64,000 bases of DNA, taken from NCBI GenBank assembly GCA_977030845.1, contig OZ365110.1, positions 30,008,001-30,072,000 on the forward strand, written 5' to 3'. The notes under the pieces are model-generated. The model was not told where the DNA came from, did no database searches, and saw nothing but the letters and a program-made list of their open reading frames with translations. How positions within the stretch are numbered: the stretch's first letter is position 1; the number at the start of each line of letters is the position of its first letter. Shown here piece by piece: positions 1 through 14,030 of this stretch. Origin of the DNA: Fimbriosthenelais zetlandica. Its lineage: Eukaryota. Both the position numbers and the translations under genes were made by a program.

Positions 1-2178
1 TATCTTATAATCATGCATAGGGGAGAGCACTCGTCTAAACTTTCAATCTATTTACTTTTTTGTGTGTCTGTCTCTTCTACCTCATGCACTAAATTGATTA
101 TTATAATAATAATAATAAATCTGTATTTATATTGCGCTTAACTCGTGAACACAAAAGCGCAGTTGAAGAGGTAGGCCTTTAGTTCCCCTCTGAATTTTGC
201 CAGAGACCCACATCTCCGCAGTCCATGTGGGAGTGCATTCCATAGTCTAGGGGCGACCTTCGAGAAGGTTATAGAGGTTAGTCGCTCTATAGGCCTACCA
301 CAATATCTTTCCAAATGACCTTTTCACATAGGCCTATATAGCCTGTTGTCTCAGGATTTGTGCAGGGCAATGTCATATATATGTCATGTCATATGTCATA
401 TGGCAATGTCATAAAATATAGTCAGTTATTTGACCATAATTAAGATTGTATTGACCTAAAAGTTAGTAGGCTATATAAGCTACATTAAATTGGACAATGG
501 ACAGCGCAGCAATTTCAGTGAACCAATAATTATTCAGATTGAATATCATTTGTACTTGTCTCCTTGAAATATTCAATTCTTGGATGAATGCAACGAAAAT
601 TGTGGGAAAATCATAACTGAAATGTCCCATAAAATAATAAAAACGACATGACGCCTTTTTGGAGATCACTTTCCCATGATCAAATCTGCGGTTCCACCTA
701 TATCAATAAAATTGATCCTAATTTCCCACCCCATCAGTCCCCCACACAATGCTCCTCCCCTCCCCTCATCTCCAATCATAACCTTTCTCACCGCCTCTAA
801 CAATACTGCCGTCTCCAGGCGTGTAACCCAGGTTACCCCACAGCGGGGTGACCATTTTTACCCTTTCAGGCACGAGCCTTGCCCAAACAAACCCTTTTCT
901 CTCTGACCCACTCCCGAAATTGTAGGCTGTCATCGATCAGGCACCTTTTCCCATGTGAAAGTCAGGAGAGAGAAGAATGAGTTGTGATGTTTCCAGGACG
1001 AGTTCCCACCATTATCAGACATGCCCCCTCCCCCTCCCTCACCCATATTTTTGATGGAGAATATGATATTTTGGAAAACTGTTTTGAAATGGACCTTTTG
1101 GAACTGGATGGCGGGCGGGGGTGGGGAGCTGTGAAAGAGGTTCATGCAGACCGTGCAGGATCCAGGATTTGGGAAGGTGCATGGGGGCGTGGGAGGTGGG
1201 TTCAGGAGAGTGAGTATACGATCTCTGATATAGGGCTTGTCCAGACTTGTGGCCCAAAAATTTACTACATGTATTTGAGGAACGAAAAATAATGTCTGCT
1301 GATCCTGACCTCCTGGAGCTCCGGCCCCCGTCTTTTATCTTATATCCTATATCTGCCCCCTCCTCTCACATAGTTCCTTCTACGTCGTTCCTTTCTCCAT
1401 CCATTCTCTTCGGACTATTTTCCCCCGCCTTCCCTTCTCCTCCTATGCCACCCACTCTCCTTCTCTCTTTGTAACTCAACCATAACCCAATCAAACCATG
1501 ACAAAGGGATCCAGCTAAACGTCTTTATCTAATACCAACGCCTCCTGATCCAATTCTGCATCTTCAATCAATTACTCCGGCCCGCATCACCCCAGTCTTC
1601 CCATCCCTGCATCCATTCCGCCTCACGGGGTTCGTTTCATAAAAATAGACGAGGCCCACTATTCGACTTATTACTAAGTTCCCCCATGCTAGACTTAGAC
1701 AAATATAGCTACGTATGTAACTAAACCATAGACCTAATATCATTTTAAATTCACCTCTTTCCAGCTTATAATTCTTATGATAAATGCCAATTTGACATTA
1801 TTATTTTTTAAACAACCCCCGGGGCCTCAGAACTCAGGCTGACTCGCCAACAGCCAGTGCTAAGAAAATATTGCACCATAACAGAGTTCATGGAAATTAC
1901 ATAGAACCCCCAAGGCAGAGGGGCGGGGAAATTGAGTGAGGAAGGGAAAGGGGGAGGCGCAGAGCGAGGAGAATTAGATTATACTGGTCGAGCAGAAGGT
2001 CGGGGGACACGGTGGTAAATCTGTGATCGTGGACCGCATCTTTACTCCAGTGGAGACTCCAATAATGTACATGTTTTTATATCCCAACAATGCTACATTA
2101 TATATTGCAGCATATACATGTATATAGACCATATACCAATTCATATATATTATCTGAACAAAATAATATAGAAATTTC

Positions 2179-2196
2179 ATATATATATATATATAT
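2179..2196. repeat. (AT)9 microsatellite
   Basis: ATATATATATATATATAT read directly. Confidence 0.9.
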
Positions 2197-5100
2197 GATT
2201 ATGCCGGGAAAAATACAAAATGCATGTACAATATTTTCAACATAAGTAGGCCTAAATAGACATGCAGAATTCCTCAAATCCATTGGACGAAATTGAGGAA
2301 TGTAGATTTCATAATATTTTATACGGATTGAAGGCAGAGGGCGCGAGAAATGGAGGATTTCAGAACAGAACACTATTGGGATCCGTTAAAACCCACCCCC
2401 AACCCATACGAGCCTCGAGGGAAATTCCCTGATTGCAGATCCCCGTCTATTTTATCTCGGCATGTATCATTGTGGCCTTCTATGTTTTGTTGCATGCCCC
2501 CATGTTTGTCATACATGCCTTGCTTCTAAATAAGCCTCATTTAGGCTAGATGTACACATGTCAGATGGAAAAAAACGTGAAGGCTTAAAAGAAAAGATAT
2601 TGTGTAGTCATCGAGTATAATTTCAGTCATTGCATGCAGACATGTTTGAGCATTGGCCTATGCCCGGTCTTCATAGCCTACTACTTGTTTTGTCTGTGGT
2701 ATATATTAACCCAGGATATTAAAGTCCGGTGTGGATTAGGCCTGCATGGAATTGTTTCTCCCTTTAAATCTCGAACCAACCCTGACTCCCACGTCTACAT
2801 ATAGTTCTTCCCTGCTTCGCCCCTTCAGCCCCAGTCTCAGATTCCCCGCTCTCCTCGTTCTCATGTAGGCTATATTTGATCCCGCCTCCAGCCGCCATAT
2901 TGTCAACGATTCTGGCACTGAACCTGCCCGTGCCTCCATGGCCACATTCTCCATGCAATCCATGGAATATGCCTTACACCTGTATGCTCAAGGGAGTGAG
3001 GTAGGCTACTTCAATGATAAAGCAAAATGCTAGCTTCCATGCAGAAATTGTTCACACAATGAATCTCATTAGTGTAAAAGCTGTAACATGATATGCCCTA
3101 TGCAAACCCAGGGATCTATGAGGCACCTATCTTTTCATAATGATCACTATAATACCCAAATAAAAGATATTGCTTGGAAATTAGGCCTATACCTTTATAT
3201 CTTTATCATAGCAATAGATATACTCTAGATATATAGGCCTACATGCACTGACACGTAGTATAGCCTATACTAATCGATATAGGCCTAATTATTATGCCCT
3301 ATATACAATTTTAGGCCTACCCTGGTACCGGGTATCAAAATGTACATGTATTTCCTTTCAAGAGCAATTCTTTTCAAAAGCCATACAGTGGAAGATACAG
3401 TGGAAAGTAATGCTGTAATCACAGAACGTGAAGTGATGTCTTAACTTGAGTTACCTCCATATGATTCCACAACACCCACACCGGTCACCATGGAAACCTA
3501 AGCAGATCTCGTCCCGTGTGATCTCGTCCGAGCGTGACGGAGCGTGAAATGGCCACATGTGAGCAGACCCCACAGACACCTGGTGACAATATGCTGAAAC
3601 TTTGGGTGATAATGGATGAAAAGATCGCGGTGATAGCACCACTCATGAATTCAGTCCATAGAAATCATTCCAGGGCAGGAATTATAGCGGAAAGATTAGT
3701 TTTTGTTTGTGGGAATTCATTGTGGAAAGAGTATCATCAACTAATGGACCGAATTCATTTTATTTTACAAAAGAAAAATCATTAGCGTTAAGTGTCTGCG
3801 CTTGAAGTGAAAATAAAGCAGGCATGTTTAATGTATTTCTAATCAAGACTTAACAATAAACACAGGGGATAAAAGAGGAAATTTCAACCTTGATTGATGA
3901 GTTATGCATTGACTTTACTCCAATATTGAAAAAGGGACAACTCTAAAAGAGATTGAATTGAAACTAACAATGGAGAATCCAAACAGAGTTGTTTGTGCAA
4001 TCTTTCTGGTGGAGGCTTGAAATATTAAAAATATGGACTCTTTTTATACTCTTTCATACTAAGGACATTTGTGTAATACTGTACCCAAAACTATTTGTTA
4101 ATCTTGTCCCAATTACAGAGAATCATTTGTCTCTGGCGGGGATGTCGAGTTGGAAGGATTGTGTTTGCATTAAGATATGACCAATTCCCTCCAACATTCA
4201 CCGCTGACGCTCTCATGTAGACTATATACAACTGTGAGCATTATTGTGTACTAAACAATAATATTACATCAATAAATCGCTCCAGTAGTAATGTGACTCG
4301 TGTCTCTTACAATGTCGCTGACATTTGTATGTATACGTATTAAATCACCAATTATTCTTCTTCAACACATCCACACATCCACCAGTTGACCAGGTGAGTT
4401 AATATACCGATTACACACCCATGTGCTCACTGAGGCCAGGTGCTGGAGACGCCAGGTATCCAAGGTGAATACAAATACTCAATGTTACATGGTGTTACTA
4501 CACCCATTGTGCCTGTAATATCGTCCGTGCATGATGCAGCTGGTGGCATGGGGAGGGAGGGGGAGCGTAATGGCAGAAAGCAAAGGGATAGTCCCCTACT
4601 TGCAATGTGACATACAGATGCAAAATGAAAAAACTGCAGATGTCGATGTAATTTGTCCATCTGGAGAGGGTAGCTTTTAATCATCTGTTGGGCCCTTTTC
4701 TTCTGGCTCGAGATGAAACAATTCATATATATAAATTCATTGTAGGCCCTATTTATCATGTCCATCCACTTCATATTTATGGCAGTAAGAGATACAGTCT
4801 TTTCTATTTTGAGCGTAATTATTATATTAGGCGTATATTGAGTGGATATAAGGATTCAAAATAATTTCAGATTTCCTTTGGTTGACATTGAATATAAGAA
4901 CACATATAAAAATCCTAATAGACTGTCAGCTGACAACGGGAGAAAAGAGACCGTAGCGTGACACCACGTGACACGATGCGACACATAACACGTGACACGT
5001 GCAGCCCAGGTGCGCGCGCAGCCAGCCCTCGCCCGTGTCGCGCCCTGAACAAATATTGTACACCAATTATACTCTTAATTTTATCACCATTAGGCCACCA

Positions 5101-7066
5101 GGTGTCCTCTCTGCTGCCATGTGGCAGTGAAAAATATTAAAAAGGAAAATATGTCTAAACCCAGAATTAACCTGAGCACTTCTTAAAAAGATACAAAATT
5201 GAAAACTTATGCAAAATAAGGAATGAGGATATGCCAAAATAAGGAAAGGATAGCCTAGCTATGCCGATCCAGAACATTTTCTTGCAAAACCGAATATTTA
5301 AAAATTGAATTTTGACTTTATTACGAAAAAATGTTGCAGGGAGATTGACTATACAGATTGCCATGTGCTTAACGAAGTATTGCAGACACGAACATCATGA
5401 ACGTTGGTGCCTGAATACACACTCACTTTGTGCACTACTTACTCAGCGCTCACGCGGCTGTGCGGCGTGCACAGAGAAAAATAGTGCGCCTTGTGTTTGT
5501 GGCATAAGTGCGCAATATGGCGGCCGGCTGCGCGCGCAGCTGGAGGGCTGTTTCGCATGAGCTACTCCTCATCCCTGCTGATTAAACGGTCCTTTTGAAA
5601 AGTAGAGTTAGGCTTGTGACTTCTGTGACAGGCCCCCGATGAAAATGAAACATTGACAACTTAAGTTAATTGCCTCGCTAGGCATAGGCCTACACTACCA
5701 AACTGAAAGGGGCATTTCTTTCGCAGCGAAATGTAGGCTATCTAGGCATTTATTATTTCGGGCGAGGGTTTAGGCCTAGGCTACGTTAGGCCTACAAGTT
5801 ACATGTAGGCCTAATTGCTATAGATATAGTCTATATTGTATTTCTTTATGGCACAAATGGTCTGCTGGATTTGAATTATTTTGTAAATTTGCACTCAATG
5901 ATGCAATTAGTAGACTCTTCTATACAGACACATTCTCTGCAGCCTCTCCTTTCCTTCCCCTTCTCTGGACTATAGGCCTAGGTTTCTGTCCAGGGAACCT
6001 TCAGGCTCTAGCCTACTCAGTTTCCTCGATTATGCCCCTTCAACTCAAACTGATGCTATAGAACTAATTCATGTCTTGGGCCTATACTCTCCAGCCTCCA
6101 CCTCCTTCTAGAGCCTCATGAATCCGTTGATAATGAGCATTAGGCCTATGTCCAGACGTAAAGCATATTGTTGACATCATGTTCAAGAACTCAACAAATC
6201 AATCTATGAGTAGGCCTTGGTGTAAATTGTAACAGACATCATGGTAACATTTATAGGCCTAGTCCTTTCTGCCGCTTTTAGGTCCATTTCTGTTTTAGGT
6301 ATTTCTGATAATTTTCAAGTCTACTTTTTCATCTGTTCCCTGTCTGTTTTCAATCCGTTTTCAGTCAGTTTTAATACTTTTTGCTGGACAGGGGCCTGTG
6401 AACTGGCCTCCCTACATTTCAGTTGCTTCCAATTGTAGGCCCTACGTGCCTGCTTCTTGCTTATTGAGCTCCCGTGCAAGCAAATTTTCCCCATTCGAAA
6501 ATCGATTGACACGTGTAGGGTTAGGCCTACATAGGCCTATAGGTAGGCTATATTTAGTTAGAATAGGCCTATAGGCTAGCCTATTCGAAAAAGAATAAGA
6601 TAATGAACCGCTGATTAGCCTGGTTTATCTTTTTCTCAATTTTTTTTCAAGGCCGATGGAATCATGCTTTAATTAGTCTTTAGGCATGTGACCTAGGCTA
6701 CTGTAGGCCTTTTGCATTTTTGAGTTAAATTCTCTAGCCTAGGCCGATTTGAGTTCAAGTCCAGGCATAGCTACAGTATCAGAGTGTTATATTCACACTC
6801 CGGTGGTGGCGCTCTAGTCTGGCGTCTGACTAAACTAGGTCACGCTAACCCAGTTCCTCTCTGTTCACTTCACAGGGCATTCCAGGCTTTTCGCAGCTAA
6901 TTCCCTACATTTCGCACTATTCCTTATCGATACATTTAGTTATGGACATCCTTTTTCATTTAAATTGGAGACCAGCTTTAAAATAGCCGTAATAGTACCT
7001 ATTCAAGTGTTAAAGCTCCGGGTCCGTGTGTATACAGATCCTATTTTAACAGCCCCGCAGTAGTCA

Positions 7067-7137
7067 GCACCGCTGGTGTAGTGGTATCATGCAAGATTCC
7101 CATTCTTGCGACCCGGGTTCGATTCCCGGGCGGTGCA
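7067..7137 (+). tRNA. trnG-CCC: tRNA-Gly, anticodon CCC
   Basis: 71 nt, GCACCGC...GCGGTGCA. Acceptor stem 7 bp; anticodon arm CAAGA-TTCCCAT-TCTTG; T arm CCGGG-TTCGATT-CCCGG; A and B boxes intact. As recalled, it differs from vertebrate tRNA-Gly-CCC by a compensatory A3:T70 pair. Confidence 0.97.
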
Positions 7138-7140
7138 AAG

Positions 7141-7149
7141 TTTTTTTTT
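7141..7149 (+). terminator. RNA polymerase III terminator (T9)
   Basis: Run of nine T starting 4 nt after the tRNA discriminator base. Confidence 0.9.
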
Positions 7150-7289
7150 CTTTGCTATGCTAATACCGCTATCCCTTAATTTAATCTTTTAACAAAAACA
7201 TAAAAACACGTCTATGATCGTCTATTGATTCCATCCACCTAGCCTAATTCTCTCCCAGTATTAAGACCTATTTTAAAAAAAATGGATTT

Positions 7290-8560
7290 ATTGGTCATTT
7301 ATGATTTAGCATTTTAGGCCCGGGATTTTAGGCCTAGTTAATTAGTTAAAGGCCTAGGGCTAGGCCTTGGCCTAAGACAATAAGTCTAGGCTAATACTAA
7401 TAGCTAACGTTAGTTTAGGCTAAATAGGCGTATAGGACCATTAGGCCTAACATTAGGCTATGCCCTCACTAGGCCTATATGATCCTACAGTCTGTTCACT
7501 CTAAGTTGATCCGAAACCACCATACATGTCATATGAACTGTAGTTTCGGATCAACTTAGACTTAGAGTGAACAGACTGTATAGGCCTAATAGCATGGTCT
7601 AGCATAGGCTTACGCTCTAGCAATAGGCTAATCTATAGGCCAATAACTAGTATTAAGGCCTAGGCTATAGGCTTATAGACTAGTTATAGGGACCTAGGCC
7701 TATGATTTAGAAGCCCCTGAATAGGCTACAATGTGAGAAATTTCCATATAGGCTATGCGGCATAATGCCTACTCCTAATATGTAGGCCTATAGGCCTAGG
7801 CCTTCTAAAGACATACCTACAAAAATAGGCTAATCATGGCCTACGCCTAGGCTAGGTGGCTGTCCATAGCCCTAGGCCTATTTAGGCCTATCTAGGCCCC
7901 AAGCCCTATTTGACCTAGGCCTATGTCATGATGTGCATAGTAGGCCTAGATCATATAGGCTAGCCTAGGTCTATGCATCGCATTTTAATATGGCCTAACG
8001 GGCATAGTAGGCCTAGAACCTAGCCTAACCCTATATTGTGAATATTAGGGCCTACAAAACCCACCGTCCAACCAGTAGGCTACCACTTATGCAGTAATGG
8101 ACTAGGCCTAGGACTCCTAGGCCGAACGTTGGAAAGGTGTGGGCTAGTGGTCTAGGTCTAGGTCAGGTGTAGGCTAGGCCTATAGATAGCCTACATACTA
8201 TAGGCCTTTCCTAGGCCTAACAATGAATATATGCCCTAGTCATAGGCCTATGCTAGCCTATAGGCTAGGCAACTTGTGGGCATAGGCCTAGGCCTACAGT
8301 ACATGTAGGCCTTAGCCCTAGACCTAGCGGATTCATAGGAAATGGTTTAGCCAGCTATGCCTAGATCCTTTAGTTAGGCCTAAGTTAGAGGAAAAGACAC
8401 CATGCAGGTTTGCTGCATAGGCCTAGGCCTATCTATAGGCTAACAGCTAGGCCTGTACGTGCTAGGCTTGATAAGGCCCAGCCTAGGCCCACAGTAGGCC
8501 TAGGCATAGCTCTAGGCCTCCTACGGCTAGGTTTAGGCCTAGGGGGGCCTATGCCTTCCC
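7290..8560. repeat. Low-complexity TAGGCCTA/CCTAGG-rich tract
   Basis: Dozens of TAGGC/GCCTA/AGGCCT/CCTAGG words with no fixed period. Boundaries approximate. Confidence 0.75.
7486..7580. mobile_element. Palindromic MITE (Tc1/mariner-like termini), copy 1
   Basis: Arms TACAGTCTGTTCACTCTAAGTTGATCCGAAAC ... GTTTCGGATCAACTTAGA(CTTAGA)GTGAACAGACTGTA. TA flanks CAGT...ACTG termini; the right arm has a 6-bp duplication. A second copy is at 54855-54938. Confidence 0.75.
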
Positions 8561-8739
8561 CTTTTACCAGGGTTCAGAAAGGGGAGGGGCCTTAGTTCTG
8601 TCCTAATTTTGTACTGGAGAGCCAATAAATTTATGCTATTCCCACTAAAAGCCTAGCGGATGCTGGGAGATGGACATTAGAAATCAGTTCCGACAAGAGC
8701 AACGAAACCCTGCCGCGCGTCAAGTCACGCCTCGTCTCG

Positions 8740-8895
8740 TGTGCACGAGACTTCCCGAGATTAACGCCGGCGGCGAGATCTTGCGCCATCTCTCATTACA
8801 TGGGTCCACGGTTACCCTTCTGAGCATGCGCACTAGCGCGACCTAGTTATTCGGAACCAGGTCATGACCCAATTGAGAGTAAACATCATGGCGAC
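8740..8895. promoter_or_regulatory. CpG-rich, probably bidirectional promoter module
   Basis: YY1-like words in both orientations (GCGCCATCT ~8783, CATGGCG ~8887) and NRF1-like GCATGCGCA (~8824). Shares 14- and 18-mers with 15060-15170. Confidence 0.6.
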
Positions 8896-9872
8896 GTCGT
8901 TGCTGTCTATGACGGATCTCGGGGAATGTCAAAGATTTGGAGTGCTACCTCCCTAGAACTTAACTTCTGATTCACGGAAAGGAAGCAGATGGAAGCTACG
9001 ACTAACTTGCTGCCAGGTAACAATTTTGACTAGTTGATTTCATTCTGTTTGGTAGTTTGACAGGCTTGCAATGGCCGTGCTCTAGCCAAAAAAGTAAGAC
9101 TAAGTTAGTAAGTAGGCTACGCCACCATACGGTACCGTAGGCCTACCTGAGCAGCCTAGGCCTAGGGCTAGGCTTAGACAATAGACATAGTCATATGTCT
9201 TAGGCTTAGATCAGCTCCTTCTTCCCAGCTGTGGGAACCCAGGGGATGAATATTTAGGTTTAGTAGGCTACTCGTAATAGTAGTTCCCATTGTAGGCCTA
9301 TTAGTATTACATACATGTAGTTATTCCTAGCATTTAGGCTAGCTTTCTATAGGCTTAGTTTATGTATGTCGTGTTAATGATTATAAAAATGAATGGAATA
9401 ATATAATTAAAATTATAATATAATATTAAGAATTTATATGTTACACCATGTCCCTGATTACACATTTGTGATTTGTGTTACATAATTCTGTGTTAAATTC
9501 TTAATTTGTAATAGCCTATAGTGAACATAATATTATGGCAGACCTGTGTAATGAAGCCTGAAGGGAATTCATTATAATTGGGTATAGACCGCTTCATTTG
9601 ACCATTTTGGGTATAGGCCTAGATATGAAATGGGCCTACACCCAGCTATATATATGTATATTTTTTTTGGCTGGCTCTAACCTGTTGTGAGGTGTGAGGT
9701 GTAGACTACCGGTAACTAACTCAATCTAATTGTGTTCCCAGTGTCTTACAGAACATCTTATTTTTCAGAGCGTTTGTTACATGGGAGGAAAATGTGCCTG
9801 TCAACATAGATCAAGGTTTTGGCAACATCTACAGGTGACATCTGAGTTCCTCTTGCCTGGTGGTACCTGCAA
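8885..9872 (+). other. Possible spliced non-coding or 5'-UTR transcript (exon ~8885-9016; exon from 9769)
   Basis: CCAG|GTAAC donor at 9017 downstream of the promoter module; TTTTTCAG acceptor at 9768. The ATG-initiated frames stop within about 25 codons. Confidence 0.3.
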
Positions 9873-10427
9873 GTAATATTGAATCCTCGTCGGCCAGATC
9901 GACATAAAAATAATAATATTATGGATCACAGAGATGACCCCTGTAAACCCCTGTCATTTGCGACAGCCTTATCTGACGCACGCCCACCATATATATCGGA
10001 CAAAAATATAATCATAAAATTAGGGGCACAAGCTATCACGAATTATCCTGTACTGTGATGTTTGTAACCACTCCATGTGGCAGCCTGCAGTTTGGGATCT
10101 TTAGGTATTCTTTTACCTTAAAATAATTAACATTACGTTCAGATGATACATTGTGTTATGTAGACGTTGAATTAAAAGTTTATTTAAAGTATTGTATTAA
10201 TTGCCTCCTTATATTATGACGAATTGTTGCGGTTTTTTTTTTGAATATAAAGGGCATATTCAACTACTTCGAACAACTACCTGTATGCTCCCCTGACATA
10301 ATCGTGACTGTTTACTGAGGTCCCCTGACATAATCGTGACTGACCACTAAGTTAGCTAGGCTCGCTGTACCCGATCGCACTGTCGCAATAATACTCTCCT
10401 AAAGGAAAATTACTGTAATTCGCCACC

Positions 10428-12650
10428 GACATACAGTGACTGACCACTAGTCCCCCAACATACAGTGACTGACCACTACGGCCCCCGACATACAGTGACT
10501 GACCACTACGGCCCCCCGACATACAGTGACTGACCACTACGGCCCCCAGACATACAGCGACTGACCACTACGGCTCCTGGACATACAGTGACTGACCACT
10601 ACGGCCCCCCGACATACAGTGACTGACCACTACGGCCCCCGACATACACTGGCAGACCGCTACAGTCCCCGACATACGGTGACTGACCGCTACAGTCCCA
10701 GACATACAGTGACTGACCACTACGGCCCCCGACATACACTGACTGACCGCTACAGTCCCCGACATACGGTGACTGACCGCTACAGTCCCAGACATACAGT
10801 GACTGACCACTACGGCCCCCCGACATACAGTGACTGACCACTACGGCCCCCCGACATACAGTGACTGACCACTACGGCCCCCCGACATACAGTGACTGAC
10901 CACTACGGCCCCCGACTTACAGTGACTGACCACTACTATCCTCCGACATACAGTGACTGACCACTACAGCCCCCCGACATACGGTGACTGACCACTACGG
11001 CCACAAACATATTGTAACTGACCACTACGGCCTCCCGACATACAGTGACTGACCACTACGGCCCCCGACATACAGTGACTGACCACTACGGCCCCCGACA
11101 TACAGTGACTGACCACTACGGCCCCCAGACATACAGCGACTGACCACTACGGCTCCTGGACATACAGCGACTGACCACTACGGCCCCCAGACATACAGTG
11201 ACTGACCACTACGGCCCCCAGACATACAGTGACTGACCACTACGGCCCCCAGACATACAGTGACTGACCACTACGGCCCCCAGACATACAGTGACTGACC
11301 ACTACGGCCCCCCGACTTACAGTGACAGACCGCTACAGTCCCCCGACATACAGTGACTGACCACTACGGCCCCCGACATACAGTGACTGACCACTACGGC
11401 TCCTGGACATACAGCGACTGACCACTACGGCCCCCAGACATACAGTGACTGACCACTACGGCCCCCAGACATACAGTGACTGACCACTACGGCCCCAGAC
11501 ATACAGCGACTGACCACTACGGCTCCTGGACATACAGCGACTGACCACTACGGCCCCCAGACATACAGTGACTGACCACTACGGCCCCCAGACATACAGC
11601 GACTGACCACTACGGCCCCCAGACATACAGTGACTGACCACTACGGCCCCCAGACATACAGCGACTGACCACTACGGCTCCTGGACATACAGCGACTGAC
11701 CACTACGGCCCCCAGACATACAGTGACTGACCACTACGGCCCCCAGACATACAGTGACTGACCACTACGGCCCCCGACATACAGTGACTGACCACTACAG
11801 TCCCCCGACATACAGTGACTGACCACTACGGCCCCCGACATACAGTGACTGACTACTACGGCCCCCCGACATACGGTGACTGACCACTACGGCCCCCCGA
11901 CATACGGTGACTGACCACTACGGCCACAAACATATTGTAACTGACCACTACGGCCTCCCGACATACAGTGACTGACCACTACGGCCCCCGACATACAGTG
12001 ACTGACCACTACGGCCCCCGACATACAGTGACTGACCACTACGGCCCCCGACATACAGTGACTGACCACTACGGCCCCCAGACATACAGTGACTGACCAC
12101 TACGGCCCCCGACATACAGTGACTGACCACTACGGCCCCCAGACATACAGCGACTGACCACTACGGCTCCTGGACATACAGCGACTGACCACTACGGCCC
12201 CCAGACATACAGTGACTGACCACTACGGCCCCCAGACATACAGTGACTGACCACTACGGCCCCCGACATACAGTGACTGACCACTACGGCCCCCAGACAT
12301 ACAGCGACTGACCACTACGGCTCCTGGACATACAGCGACTGACCACTACGGCCTCCAGACATACAGTGACTGACCACTACTATCCCCCGACATACAGCGA
12401 CTGACCACTACAGTCCCCCGACATACAGTGACTGACCACTACGGCCCCCAGACATACAGTGACTGACCACTACGGCCCCCAGACATACAGTGACTGACCA
12501 CTACGGCCCCCCGACTTACAGTGACAGACCGCTACAGTCCCCCGACATACAGTGACTGACCACTACGGCCCCCAACATACACTGACTGACCACTACTATC
12601 CCCCGACATACAGTGACTGACCACTACGGCCCCCCGACATACAGTGACAA
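10428..12650 (+). repeat. Minisatellite array A, 30-31 bp unit, ~70 copies
   Basis: Consensus GACATACAGTGACTGACCACTACGGCCCCC(C/A). Two degenerate units upstream at ~10289-10350. Confidence 0.97.
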
Positions 12651-14030
12651 TTGTAAGGTCCACCTACATACAGTGGCTGGCCACTACTGACCATTACTCA
12701 CATGTATAGTCCATGTACATACAGTGACTGACCACTACTCACCTGTATGGTCCCCTACATATAGTGACTGACCACTACTGACAATTACTCACCCGTATGG
12801 TCCACCTACATACAGTGACTGACCATTACCCACCTGTAGGAACCACGTACATACAGTGACTGACCATTACGCACCTGTAGGAACTACCTACATACAGTGA
12901 CTGACCACTACTCACCTGTAGGAACCATGTACATACAGTGACTGACCACTACTGACAATTACTCACCTGTATGGTCCACCTACATACAGTGACTGACCAC
13001 TACTCACCTGTATGGTCCACCTACATACAGTGACTGACCATTACTCACCTGTAGGAACCACCTACATACAGTGACTGACCATTACTCACCTGTAGGAACC
13101 ACGTACATACAGTGACTGACCACTACTCACCTGTAGGAACCACGTACATACAGTGACTGACCACTACTCACCTGTAGGAACCACGTACATACAGTGACTG
13201 ACCATTACGCACCTGTATGGTCCACCTACATACAGTGACTGACCACTACTCACCTGTATGGTCCACCTACATACAGTGACTGACCATTACTCACCTGTAG
13301 GAACCACGTACATACAGTGACTTACCATTACTCACCTGTAGGAACCACGTACATACAGTGACTGACCATTACTCACCTGTAGGAACCACGTACATACAGT
13401 GACTGACAATTACTCACCTGTATGGTCCACCTACATACAGTGACTGACCACTACTCACCTGTAGGAACCACGTACATACAGTGACTGACCATTACTCACC
13501 TGTATGGTCCACCTACATACAGTGACTGACCACTGCTGACCATTACTCACCAGTACGGTCCCCTATATACAGTGCCTGGCCATTACTCACCTTTGGTCCA
13601 CCTACATACAGTGACTGACCACTACTCACCACTACTCATTCGTATGGTCCACACAATTACTCACCTTATGGTCCTCCTACATACAGTGACTGACCACTAC
13701 TCACCTGCATGGTCCCCTACATACAGTGACTGACCATTACTCACCTGTTTGATCCACCTATATACAGTGACTGACAATTACTCACCTGTATGATCCACCT
13801 ACATGCAGTGACTGACAATTAATCACCTGTATGGTCGACCTACATACAGTGCCTGGCCATTACTCACCTTTGGTCATGCACCTACATACAGTGACTGACC
13901 ACTACTCACCACTACTCATTCGTATGGTCCACCTACATACTGTAACGTCACGACCACTACTTACAATTTCTACATACAGTGACTGACCACTACTCACCTG
14001 CACGGTCCACCTATATATACCGTGACTGGT
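12651..14030 (+). repeat. Minisatellite array B, ~41 bp unit, ~30 copies
   Basis: Consensus CCTACATACAGTGACTGACCAYTACTCACCTGTA(T/G)G(G/A)(T/A)CCA. Shares the core ACATACAGTGACTGACCAYTAC with array A. Confidence 0.95.

Noticed and set aside
984-1292. 102-aa ORF and overlapping antisense ORFs
   Set aside because: Low-complexity G/C-run sequence, no domain, no splice support.
2736-2979. Possible minus-strand exon downstream of the RFX-containing segment (donor at 3454)
   Set aside because: A plausible acceptor exists, but no frame gives a recognisable protein.
4143-4311. Possible solo LTR (TG...AATAAA...TTACA)
   Set aside because: No target-site duplication for any candidate 5' end and no second copy in the window.
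5900-6510. Purine-skewed, coding-like minus-strand stretch (possible gag relic)
   Set aside because: Stops in all frames and no motif I can identify with confidence; needs BLASTx or RepeatMasker.
10352-12130. Repetitive ORFs (MVSHCMSG..., MTDHYGPRHT...) in the track
   Set aside because: They are translations of the 30-31 bp minisatellite; 31-bp units break the frame repeatedly.
10428-14030. CRISPR-like repeat-spacer reading of the array
   Set aside because: Inter-core sequences are near-identical rather than unique spacers, there are no cas genes, and the context is eukaryotic.
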